Source: Chiloscyllium plagiosum (lineage: Eukaryota). Taken from it: a DNA stretch of 64,000 nucleotides. The stretch lies in the NCBI RefSeq assembly GCF_004010195.1, contig NC_057757.1, positions 7,338,610 through 7,402,609 of the forward strand. The letters run 5' to 3'. The notes below the pieces were generated by a model that made no database searches, was not told the origin of the DNA, and saw nothing but the letters and a program-made list of their open reading frames with translations. Positions within the stretch are counted from its first letter, which is position 1. Each line of letters begins with the position of its first letter. This document shows, piece after piece, positions 50,585 through 62,574 of the stretch. Both the position numbers and the translations under genes were made by a program.

Positions 50585-51840
50585 AAGAAGATCACAATCA
50601 TCCTGGTGCCAAAGAAAATTCGTGCAGCATTCCTCAACAACTACCGCCCAGTGGCTCTGACCCCTGTAATGAGGAAGTGCTTCGTGAAGTTAGTCATGGC
50701 TCACCTCAAGTCAAGCCCACAGCCTGACTTGATCTCTTGCAATTTGCCTGCCATTGCAACAGGTCCACAGCAACAGCCATTATGCTGGCCCTAACTCATC
50801 CCTGGAACACTTGGATAGCATGGATACCAACGTCAGGCTCCTACTTGACTACAGTTCCGCCTTTAACACATAATTCCAAACAAACTAATCTCCAAACTCC
50901 GAGACCTGGGTATCTACTCTACCCTTTGCAACTGGATCCTCGACTCCCCGCAATCAGTGAGAATAGGCAACAACAATTCCTTCACGATAATCCTCAACAC
51001 TCACATCCCACAAGGCTGTGCACTCAGCCCTTACTGTACTCGACTGTACACCCGGGATTGTGTGGCCATATTTCGTTCTCACTCCATCTACAAGTTTGCT
51101 GATCACACCACAATTGTGGGCTGGATCTCAAACAATGACGAGACAGATCGCAAGAAAGGCTAGAGTGCTTGATGGTGCGGTGGAAGGATAACAATCTCTT
51201 CCACAACATGAGCAAAATTAAAGAGCTGGTCATTGAAATCAGGAATTGGGGAGGAGGACATGCTCCTCTCTACATCGGTGGTGTTGCGGTGGATATGGTC
51301 AATAGTGTCTGTTACTAAGAGTGATGCTCACCACCAATCTCTCCTGGTCCATGTTATGGTCAAGAAAGCACAACAAAGCTTCTACTTTCTCAGGAGGCAA
51401 GGGGAATTTAACGTGTTTGCAAAGATTTGCACCAACTTTTGTTGACAGCCTTCGGTCTGGATGCATCACGGTTTGGTATGGCAACCACTCTTCCCAGGAT
51501 CATAAGAAACCACAGAGAGTTTGAAGACAGCCCAGTCTATCATTAAAGCCAGCCTCCCATTCATTGACTCCATCTTTAGTTATCGCTGCCTCAATAAGGT
51601 AGCCAACACAATCCTTTCCAATTTTTCCATTGGGCAGAACATACATCAACATAACCACGTGCACCAACAGATTCAAGAACAGCTTCATCCCCGCTGTCAT
51701 CCGACGTCTGAACAGACTTCTCAAATTTTAAATTTAAATGTTGTTCTCACTCTTTCTGCACTCTGCAGCTGTGTCATTGTATTCCTCACTCTGTTCTATT
51801 CGTCTAAAGCACTTTGTATGGCATGGCATGGTCTGCCTGT
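50585..51840 (+). mobile_element. 5'-truncated Rex1/Babar-type LINE
   Basis: [51 protein letters not shown]. Confidence 0.8.
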
Positions 51841-51925
51841 CCCACACGTTCATCCTGGAGTTCAGTTGTTAGTGGCGTACCGCATGTATTTGTTTTGGGG
51901 CCATTGCTGTTGTCATTTTTTATAA

Positions 51926-52830
51926 GTGACCTGGTTGTTTCGTAAGTTTGCGGATGATGCAAAGGTCGGGGGAGTCATGGATCATGCTGAAGAATGCTGG
52001 AGGTTACCGAGGGACATAGATAATCTGCTGAGCCGGATTGAGAGGTGGCAAATAGAATTTAAAGTGGAAAAGTGTGAGGTGATTCACCTTGGAAGGCGCA
52101 ACAGGAATAACGAGCATTGAGCTAATGGTAAGACTTTTGGTAGATGAGCAGAGAGATCTCGGTGTCCATGTACATAGATCCCTGAAAGTGACCACCAAGG
52201 TTGTTAGGGTTATGAAGAATACATTTTGTGTGTTAGCTTTTAATGGTAGAGGGATGGAATTTCGGAGCCACAAGGCCATGCTGCAGGTGTAATAAACTCT
52301 AGTGCAGCTGCACATGGAGTATTGCATGCAATTCTTGCCACCGCATTATCAGAAGGATATGGAAGCTTTGGAAAGGGTTCAGAGGAGATTTACTGGCATG
52401 TTGCCTGGTATGCAGGGAAGATCTTAAGAGGAAAGGCTGAGAGACTTGAGGTTGTTTCGTTAGAGAGAAGAGGTTTTAGAGGTGACTTAATTGAGACATA
52501 TAAGATAATCGGGGGTTAAATAGAGTGGACAATAAGAGCCTTTTTTACTCAGATGATGATAGCTCGCACGAGGGGACATGGCTTTAAATTGAGGGTTGAT
52601 CAATATAGGGCAGATGTCAGAGGCAGTTTCTTAGAGAAGAGAAGGGGCATGGAATGCATTGCTTGTAACAGTAGTAGACTCGCCAACATTAAGGACATTT
52701 AAAAGGTCATTGGATAAACATTTGGATGTTAATGGAATAGTGTACGATAGATAGTCTTCAGATTGGTTCCACAGGTGAACGCAACATCGAAGGCTAAAGG
52801 GCCTGTACTATGCTGTAATATTCTATGTTC
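51926..52830 (+). mobile_element. CR1 LINE 3' portion
   Basis: KFADDAKVGG..WQIEFKVEKCEVIHLG, RGDLIETYKI, ttctatgttcta tail. Confidence 0.85.
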
Positions 52831-52859
52831 TAAAACAAATCTTTTCACTGTGCCCAGGT

Positions 52860-53270
52860 ACATGTTCTTAATTTATTTGTTTTGTGAAATGTGGATGACA
52901 GTGGCTGGGCCCAACATTTATTACCCATTCCTAGTTGTCCTTAAAAAGGTAGGGGTGAGCTCCCTTCTTGAACAATTGAAGTCCACATGTTGCAGGTAGA
53001 CCCACAATGCTATTAAGGAGAGAATTCCAGGATTTTGACCCAGTGACAGTGAAGTAAAGGAGATATATGTCCGAGTCAGAATGGTGAGTGGCTTGAAGGG
53101 GAGCTTGCAGTGAGTGGTGTTCCCGTGTATCTGCTGGCCTTGTCCTTCTATATAGAAGTAGTCGTGGCTTTGGAAGGTGCTGTCTGAGGATCCTTGGTGA
53201 AGTTCTGCAGTGCGTCTTGTAGATAGTGCACACTGATGTTACTGAGCGTCGTTGTTTGGGGAGAGTGAAA
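52860..53270 (-). mobile_element. CR1/L2-group LINE 3' end
   Basis: Homologous to 1860-2250. Confidence 0.7.
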
Positions 53271-54509
53271 AGTATGGAAAGGGAGACCGTGAAACTGCTG
53301 GATTGACGTGAAAAGCAAATTTGGTTCCCACTGCCCTTCAAGGTGTATATCCCGTTACCTTCCCAGTTTGGCCCATGTGTGACTCCAGAATCTCGACAAA
53401 GTGACTGACTTGTTTTCTTACTGCCCCTTCAAGCTGCAATGGAAACATTAAACAGGAATAAAACCAAATCCTCACCCGATGTCGACCCAAATCCCAGAAA
53501 CAGAGAACACTTCCCTGGCACTGCCCTCCTCACTTGTACAATCACTGGCTGAATTGGCCCATTGGATTGCTCATGCAACAGCCTGATGTAGTCAGGCTGT
53601 CCGAATCACACCTTACAGACAATGTGCCAAGCTCCTTCATAACCCATCCTGGCAAATCCTTTAACACCAGCCTGATAAACACACCACTGGTGGACATGGC
53701 AGTGTGTTATACAGGAGGGAGTTCACAATATTGACTCCAGATTGCATGGGGTCATAGAGTTTTGACAGCACGATCCACTGTATCTTTTCCTTTCTTCATT
53801 CAGAGGATGTGGATTTTGCCAAGGCCGGCCAGCGTTTATTGGCCATCCTTAATTGCCCGGGAACAGCTAAGATCCAATTGTATTTATATCCGTCTGGACT
53901 CACATGTAGGTCAGACCAAGTAAGGACATCTCCTTCGCTGATGACATGGAGGACCAGATGGGGTCTTCCAACAACCAGGAACAGTTTTATGGTTACCAGA
54001 ATTTTATCGGTACTTTTTTGGAAAAGATTGAATTCAGATTTCACCCTGTATCATGGTAAGATTCAGGGTTTAGTCTCTAAAATATTACTTGATTCTCTGG
54101 AATGATAATCCAGTAACAGCACCAGAAGACAACCACCTCCCCTTCAGAATGGACTGATCATCAAACATCTATTCTCATCCAACTCTGCAGCATTGACCTG
54201 TAACCATGAATACCTTGTTATTTTAAATCCTCATCTAAGTCCTATTTGAATGGATTAAGGTACCCTTCTTCTACCATTCTTTTAGACAACGAGTTCTAGA
54301 TATCCACAACATTCTCAGTGAAAACAATTTTCCTCAAATCATCAAACCTTCTTTCTTTTTATCTTCAATCTGTGCCTCCAGATCATTGATCACTTTATTG
54401 AAGGGTAACATTTCTCACTATGAACCATGGCTAGAGTTATATTGTAGATCCAAATTAGACCCCTAAGCCTACTCTACTATAACGAAATCTCGAGACTTAC
54501 ACAATTAAT

Positions 54510-55235
54510 GTTCCGGTCCTGGGAGTGTTGTTGAGCAGAAAGACCTCAGGGTTCAGGTACATAGCCCTTTCAAAGTTGTATCACAGGTAGACAGGGTGGT
54601 AAAGAAGGTGTTTAGGAACCTTGTCTTCATGATTCAGACCATCGAGTATCGGAATTGGAATGGCATTTTGGATGTTCGTGAGCCACTTTTGAAATACTGT
54701 GTGCTGTTCTGGTCACCCTGCTATGGGAAGGAGATTATTAAATTGGGCAAGATGCAGCAAAGGTTTATTTGGACATTACAGGGGCCACAGGGTTTGAGCT
54801 ATAATGAAAGGCTGAATAGGCGTTCACCTTTCCCCCTGGAGAGCAGAAGGGTGCGGGTGGACCCCACAGAGGTCTATGAAAAGTCATGAGGGGGGCATAG
54901 TTAAGTTAAAGAGCAAAAGTCTTTTTCCCGAGACTGGGAGCGTTCAAACTAAAACGAACAGGTTTGAATTTAGGGAGGAGAGATTTAAAATTGAATGAGA
55001 GGGCAACTTCTTCACACAGAGGGTGGTGCATGTGTGAAATGAACTGCCAAAGAAAGGATGAGGGGCAGATCTAGTCACAACATTTAAAAGACATTTTGAT
55101 AGGCACTAGAAATGGAAAGGTTTGGAGAGATGTGGGTCGATGGCAGTTAAATCTGACTAGTTTAGTTTGAGAAATATGGTCAGCATAGAGGATTTGGACT
55201 GAAGGGTCGATTTCCATACTGTATGACTCTCTGAC
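54510..55235 (+). mobile_element. CR1 LINE 3' portion
   Basis: PLLKYCVLFWSPCY..LSYNERL, followed by the 3' tail. Confidence 0.8.
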
Positions 55236-56819
55236 TTAGCAAAAACGTGTCCAGCATTTCCCGTAACCTAACATTGCCACGAAGCCAGGAAATAGAGTAA
55301 AATTTGTGACGCCTTCCTTTCACACACTTAAACACAGTTGTATCTCGGTTTAGATTCAATATAAGTCCTTTAGTTCATTGACCTGGAGAATGCAAGGGTA
55401 GTTCCGCCATAGATTTCTCATATTAAATAATTTCAATCTTTAAAAATGTTTTTTTTCAATCTGTCTTTTCCTCTCAATACTTCGTTCACAGTACCTTATT
55501 TAACAAGATAGTCTCAATTTTAATGCACATTTTATGTTACACTCTCATTGACAACTGGCTGTCTTAATGAGGCTGACAAGTGTTTGTCCTATTCACAAGG
55601 GTCAGCATCTTGGTTGTCACACATAGGGTCAAGTTCAGTTCAAGTCACAATCAAAATCAATGACCAAAGCTCAGAAACCTCCACTACGAAGCTAACTTCC
55701 GAATTCCAATCTCGCGATCACTGACTGCCACAGTGGGATCTAAACTCCTGCCTTAAAGTTGCCCTGGGCCCTTCCAATAAAATGACACAACATTGCCATG
55801 AATGCTTTGAAATTTTATTTTGTCGTCTCCGATTTAAAACAAGTAAACTCAGGAATATCCAATTCTTAACATCGCATTGACACGTTCTGTCTGGTGGCAC
55901 AGTAATAATGTCACTGGGCTGGAAACACCACAGCAGGTTAACCATTTGAAGGAAAAAGATTCAAATCTCAATGAATGCAGGTGGTGAAATTCGAATTCAG
56001 AAAAAAAAATCCAGCTTCGTGATGCCCATGTCACTATTGGCATGAGAAACGCATCTGATTCACTGGTGCCCTTCAGGAAAGGAAATATGTCGCCTTTTCC
56101 CAGGCTGGGCTCCACGTGATTCCAGACGAACCAGTGTGTGGTTGAATCTGAACTGCCTTCTGAAATTGCCTGTGCGAGCCTCTCAGTTGTCTCATACCCA
56201 GAGAAATTCAGGATGGGTAAGATATGCTGACCAATCAGTGACTCCCACAACTCAGCTACAAAATAAACCTTGCCTTGCCATTGGCTGAATGTCAAGGTGA
56301 GTTGTCTGGACTGGAGGTGTCAGGTTTCTTTGCCATCCCAAATAAATGGGAGTAAACTCTATTCAAGATGTTGGGATGAGGGCACAGAATTATTCTAGTA
56401 TACAGGGAAGAAACTCAACACCTTGAGTCCACACTGGCTTTCTAGACAGCAATGCAGTCAGCGTTCATGACCCACTCCATATGTTTGATTGACCAGCTTA
56501 TTTCCTTCAGGTCCCTATGCAACACCCATTCGGATATGTTTCATGATTGCTGCTTTCACCATCCATTGAGGCAAGAAGCCCATGCATTACCACACATCCA
56601 TAATTATTCTTCAAAACACTTAAATTGTCCCACTTGGTCCTATTCTTATCTGCTAATGCGAATTACTGTGTCTCTCTTACCCTCATTATGTTGCTCACCT
56701 CTTTCAAATCTCTGCTCGAACTTTTTCATTTCAAGAGAAACTGTTGGAACCATTTCAATCGAGCCTTACACCCAAAATCTCCCACTGCTGGAACGAGACC
56801 TGGGTATCTCTCGTACATA

Positions 56820-57352
56820 GGTCACTGACACTGAGCATGCAGGTGCAATAGGCAGTGAGGAAGGCAAATGGGATATTGATCTTCCGAAGGAGCGGATTGG
56901 AGTACAGGAGCAGAGATGTCTTGCTGTAATTGGACAGGGTTTTGGTGAGACTGCTACTGGAGTACCGTGTGCAGTATCACAGGAAGGCCGTTCTGGTGAT
57001 GGAGGGAGTGCAATGAATGGTTACCAGACTCACCCCTGGGATGACAGGTCTGATGTATGAAGAGAGACTGTATTGGTTAAAATTACGTCCACTGGAACTT
57101 TGAAGAGTTATTTGGTACAGATTTCAATTTTTAAAAAAAACTCAGGAAATTAGACCAGGACCAGATGGGACAAACACAGGAAGATGTTCTTGATCACGGT
57201 AGACTCTGGAAAAGTGTATCACTGTCTAAGAATACCGGGTAGACCATTTAGGGTTGACATGAGGAGAAATATTTTCACCCAGTTAGTGGAGTGCCTATGG
57301 AAGTCTGTACCACAGAAGGTGGATGAGGTCTCAACATTGAATATTTTCAAGA
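56820..57352 (+). mobile_element. CR1 LINE 3' portion
   Basis: MRRNIFTQLVECLWKSVPQKV..LNIFKK. Confidence 0.7.
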
Positions 57353-57893
57353 AACATAGAAACATTGAAGACAGCAGCAGAGAGGTCCATTCGGCCCTTC
57401 AAGCCTGCCCCACCATTCATCACGATCGTGGCTAATTGTCCAATTCAATAGTCTAATCCTGCTTTCTTCACATAACCATTGATCCCATTGCCCCAAGTGC
57501 TATAATTAGCTACCTCATGAACGCATTCAATGTTTTGGCACCAACTGCTTCCTATGGTAATGAATTCCACAGGCTCCCCACTCTTTGGGTGAAGATAGGT
57601 CTTCACCCGAAATTTTTATACTGTGACCCCTGGTTCTGGACACACCCACCATCGAGAACACCCTCCCTGCATCTATCCTGTCGAGTCTTGTTCGAATTCT
57701 GTAAGTATCTATGAAATCCCCCCCCTCTCACTCGTTGGAACTCCAGCGAAAACAATCCTAACCTCGTCCATCTCTCCTCATCCGTCAGGCCCACCATGCC
57801 CGGAAACAGCCCGGGAAACCTTCGCCTCACTCCCTCAAGAGCAAGACAATCCTCCCTCAGAAAAGGAGAACCAAACCTGCACACCGTATTCAA
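57353..57893 (-). mobile_element. CR1 LINE 3' portion, opposite orientation
   Basis: SPFLREDCLALEGVRRRF..LGLFSLE and gaaacatagaaac tail. Confidence 0.75.
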
Positions 57894-58484
57894 GGTAGGA
57901 AAGAGTGAGATATACTTCGGGTCAATGTGACAAAGGGCATGAGAGGACGAAGATGGATGATCAGGCAAGACCATTTTGAATGGGGTAGCAGGTTCAAAAA
58001 GGGCCGAATGTCCTCCTACTGCTCCTATGCTCTACAGGTTAAGGGCCAGCAGCATGCAGAGCAAGAAAAGTCAGCCAGCACAGACTACAGATTCTTGCCC
58101 CCACTTCCTTCCTCTGGCGAGTAGGTGTGGAGTGGGTGGGGATGGGGGAGGGGGAACATACGATTGGGTCATAATTAACATTGTTTTCCCCCCCCTCCCT
58201 CATGACATGGAAAAAGTGGTGTCCCTATTATATGGACTGTAACCTTTCAACAAAATGGCTTAGTACTCTAAAGGACAATAAATGATCTCCTTGCTATAAA
58301 TGCACGCGTAAATTTACTAAGACGTGGGTGACAAATTTGGAGTACTTTAGGCTTATAATCATCGACAAACAAACACATAGAACATAGAACATAGAAGAAT
58401 ACAGCGCAGTACAGGCATCCCACCCCACCCCCTCCCCACCCCCTCCCCACCCCCAAAGTCTGTTCTGCCGTTTGGTCAGATCAT

Positions 58485-58614
58485 TCTGAAGAAGGGTTAC
58501 ACCTGAAACGTGGACTTGTGCACCTCCTGATGCTGCCTAGCTTGCTGTGTTCTTCCAGCCTCCTACCTATCCACTTTAGATTCCAGCATCTGCAGGGTTT
58601 TTTTTTTGTTTCTA
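58485..58614 (+). mobile_element. Penelope-derived repeat with hammerhead-like motif
   Basis: CTGAAGA-A-GGGT-TAC-ACCT-GAAAC; TSD-like TTTGGT[C/A]AGATCAT at 58471-58484 and 58615-58628. Confidence 0.7.
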
Positions 58615-59908
58615 TTTGGTAAGATCATAGCTTATCTGTTTGTGCTTCACATTCTCAGTTTACCTTTTATTTCCTTTGCAGTCAACAAATCTTTCTAACT
58701 GTTGCTCGAAGAAGATTCTATGACAAACCCCCAACCACACAATCGCCTCCTGATCAGATCGAATTGTGTGCATAACCATCAGTGAAAACAAAAATTGGCC
58801 CCTCTCTTAAATTTTTAAACAGTGTCCTGCAGCAACACCCAACTGCTCATTCTGCACTGACGCAAGACAAAATGTCCTTTCCATGTGCACCTTGTTAAAC
58901 TATTTTGGATCTGATGTGCTTTGAGTGATTTGACACATTTTGCTTCGGCTCAGAGCCACATTAGAAAGGTACATTAGGGAGCATTCATTTCTTAGAGGAG
59001 AAAGTGAGGACTGCAGATGCTGGAGATCAGAAAAGGTACATTAGGGAGCATTCATTTCTTAGTCTATTTATGGAAAGATGAAGAGGTGGTTTTGTATTTC
59101 TCATCTTAACAGTGAGGACTGCGACTGACCATATCTTCTCTCTGAACTGCAGAGCCATTGATCAGGATCATAGCTGATGTTCTATCCCATTGCCACATGC
59201 CTGCCCATTGCCTGGAAAAGCCCTGGACTGAATTGAAATTCTGATCTCGCGGCAATCCAGTTCCACTATAAAATCTACAGGTAAGGCAGGAAAAGTGGGA
59301 AATACCTGCCATTTCAGATAGCATTGATTTGGAAAAAAAGAGTCAGCTTTTCAGACTGATGTCAGTCATCCGCACTTTATTACAAATCTTATCTCTGATC
59401 AAATTGAGAGCCCCCGCTCCCATTAGTTCCACAGTAGAGATTGGTGGGTTTCTCCATAATTATTTTTCTTTGGGTTTTGTTGGAACTGAACTGAGCTTTT
59501 GAGTTACACATTTTTGTTTTTTGGAGATCAGTTCATGAATTGCAGCATCTGCAGTTTTTTTTTGCCTCTATTTGGTAAGATCATAGCTTATCTGTTTTTA
59601 TATTCTAACGTCCCAGTTTACCTTTCATTTCCTTTGCAGACAAATCTTTCTAACTGTTGCTCGAAAAATATTCAGTGGCAAACCCTCAACCACACAATCG
59701 CCTCCTGACCAGATCAAAGTGTGCACAACCATCAGTGAAAACAGAAATTGGCCCCTCTCTGTAATTTTAAAACAGTGCCCCACCACAACACCCAACCGAA
59801 GAGCAAGCATTAAATTAAGTCAATTTTTTGAATGCACTGAATCAGACGGACTGAGCATGCACTTTCCTCGCCTCTGGCAATGGTAGGGTATGGAATGTGA
59901 GCTGGTAT

Positions 59909-60490
59909 TTAGTTCTCAGATTTCAAACCCTTCAATCTGTTGCAAGATTTAATGATTCGCTTCATCGAATTCTTCAGCTCATCTCTAAACTTAGCCTGGA
60001 TCACAGCGTAAACGCATGTGTTTGAACAGGAGCTGAGCACCTGCAGCATCTTGGCTTTGGAATCTGTGATAAAGCCAGGGTCATTGTAGGAGGAGTAATA
60101 TCGGGTGTGTGTAAATATTGCACGCAACCTGGGTCACCCACACATCACAAAACTGCCTGATATACTGAAGAGCAAAATGATGGACTTCCATTGCTTCTCC
60201 ATCTCTGCATCCTTGTGTTTCTCTCCAATTCTTTGCCCACGGAGACCCCTGCAGATTTGACTGCTCACTAAAACACGCCTGACAGCACATTGAATAGCAT
60301 GAAGAAAGAATGGCACACAAGGGGTTAAAATGTAGTTGATCATTTCAAAGGCAGCCCACGCAGGGGAAGTGAAAGAAGTGGATTTATGGATCCAACCCCT
60401 TGGAATATTGTCCATAATGTACCGTGGCTCATATATAAAGTACCAGGGTAGAGATTCCAATTCCCAGAAATACTGCTGCAGTTTTTCTCA
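59909..60490 (-). pseudogene. GPR139/GPR142-like GPCR pseudogene, copy 4 (5' half deleted)
   Basis: ESLPWYFIYEP..YILTPCVPF..KSIILLFSISGSF and SCSNTCVYAV lie in different frames; upstream sequence jumps to the homolog of about 31610. Confidence 0.85.
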
Positions 60491-60827
60491 TTGCAAAACT
60501 TTGTTTTCACCTTGCTGCTTAAATGAATTATTGCTACTCTGCAAGGTAAACTGAATCCAGAGACACAGATTAATTCTCTTGCTGGAGATTCCCATTAAAA
60601 TCGCAAACTTTGATACTCTAAGGGCATTGGCATCTGTCCTTCTGTTTGAGGACAATGCCCACTGAACTGAGCTGCAGATGTTTGGTTGCATGGAGCAGGA
60701 TATTGCTTAATTTGATGGGAACTATAGAGTTAAACGTCTGACAGTCAGTTCGGGAAGGAAATGTTTAGAAGTCAGTCTTTGCTCATCTTAGGATTTATTC
60801 GCGAGGTGAAGAATTATTGACCTATTT

Positions 60828-61143
60828 TGGGGCTGCACGGTGGCTCAGCTACCTCACAGCACCAGGGTCCCGGTTCGATTCCAGCTTTGGGCCAGTATCT
60901 GTATGGAATTTCCACGTTCTCCCCGGGTCTGGGTGGGTTTCCTCAAGTTTCCTCCCACAGTCCAACGATGTGCAGGTCAGGTGAATTGGCCATGCTAAAT
61001 TGCCTGCAGTGATAGGTGCATTAGTCAAGGGTTAATATAGGGGAATGGGTCAACTTGGGTTGCCCTTCAGCGGGTCGGTGTGGACTTGCTGGGCCTAAGG
61101 ACCTGTTTCCACACTGTAGGGAATCTAATCTAATCTAATCAAT
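60828..61143 (+). mobile_element. HE1-type SINE
   Basis: ggttcgattcc B box, ggtgaattggccatgctaaattgcc, (aatct)n tail. Confidence 0.85.
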
Positions 61144-61914
61144 CACTTTTAATAACGCAGCAATCCTGCACCCTCTGCCTATCCTCCCTACAGTATGGAT
61201 ATCCTTGAAAATTTCCTTCCCAGCCCAGATTCCCTTGCAGCCACATTTCTGGGATACCCACAGCATTGCCCCACCCAATTCCAATCTATGCTACAATCTC
61301 ATTTTCCTTGCTTTGTGTGCCGTATGCATTTAAGTGCAACAGCCTCATTCCTGTGTTGACTACGCCCCTTCTCTTGTTGTCCCCTTGTCTGCTGTCCCTG
61401 AAGTTTACTCGGTGTCCTAACACCTGTTCTGGAAATGCTCCTAAACTCTGCTGAGCACTCCAACCTCGAACATTTTCCATAATGTTCCATGCAACTGAAG
61501 GCCCCTTCCCATTACTATTTAGCTTCAAGCCCTATCCACAGATAAAGTGATGTGATTCGCATGGACTCTGTTTCCAGCATGATTCAGGATAAGCTATTGA
61601 GCTCGGATGGGTCAGCACCCGATGGAATGTTTCAACATTCAAGGCTACAGGCCTCACTTGGTACATGAGACTCAATTGATGGGCTGAAGGGCCACTTTTG
61701 TGCTGCATGATTGCATAACCACAATCCTAAATGTCATCCTCCTTATTTTTAGAAGGGTGCTCCCTGGTTGTAGACTCCTGAGGCAGGTAAAACATCATTA
61801 CCCTGCATTCACCCGACATCCACCGCCTGGTCTATTTCTTGAACTATTTTGGAACTTTCCCTGAAATTATCTCCCATTCATGAAACTCGAGAGATTACAG
61901 GCTTGGTTTATACT

Positions 61915-62182
61915 GGTGCTTCAGAGGGCCAGAAACCTAGTTTCGATTCCAGCATGTGACGACTGTCTCTGTGCAGTGTGCACGTTCTCCCCGTGTCCAC
62001 GTGTGTTTCTTCCCACAGTCAAATGATGAATTAGCCATGCTTTGGTATCCATGGATGGATAGGTTGGGTGCAGAGGTCATGGGAGGTATAGGCTTATTGG
62101 ATAAGTGGGTGGGATGCTCTTCAGAGAGTCGGTGTGAACTTTTGGGTCGAATGGCCTGTTACACACGGTAGGGATTCTATGG
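61915..62182 (+). mobile_element. decayed HE1-type SINE, paralogous to 37970-38290
   Basis: Shared gggtgcagaggtcatgggaggt and the same 3' flank. Confidence 0.65.
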
Positions 62183-62574
62183 TTTTCTTCAGCTCAGGAT
62201 CTGTGTATCTCCTGTGCTAAGACCAGCTTTGAACCCTCACTCAGTGTCCCATAATCCTGCCTGAGACTCTTGACCCTGTCCAGACATCAACCACCACCCC
62301 CCAACTCCCTCAGGGGAAATGTAGACAGCAGACTGATCCAAAATGTATCAAAGACATTTTTGATAAACATCAAATTACACAAGAGCGTTTCCAGTCTCTG
62401 CATGATTTTGATTTCTTTTGGGAAAGTTTATTTCTTCATTGACCAGAGCTGGAAATGTAAACAGTGCAGGCGGGGTTGAGATTGTGGCTGCTGTTCCTTG
62501 TCCTCCCCAGCAGGGGTCATCATGCTCCCATTTCCATCTAGTGCTCCAGCCAACAGCTCTTGTCCAATGGCACA

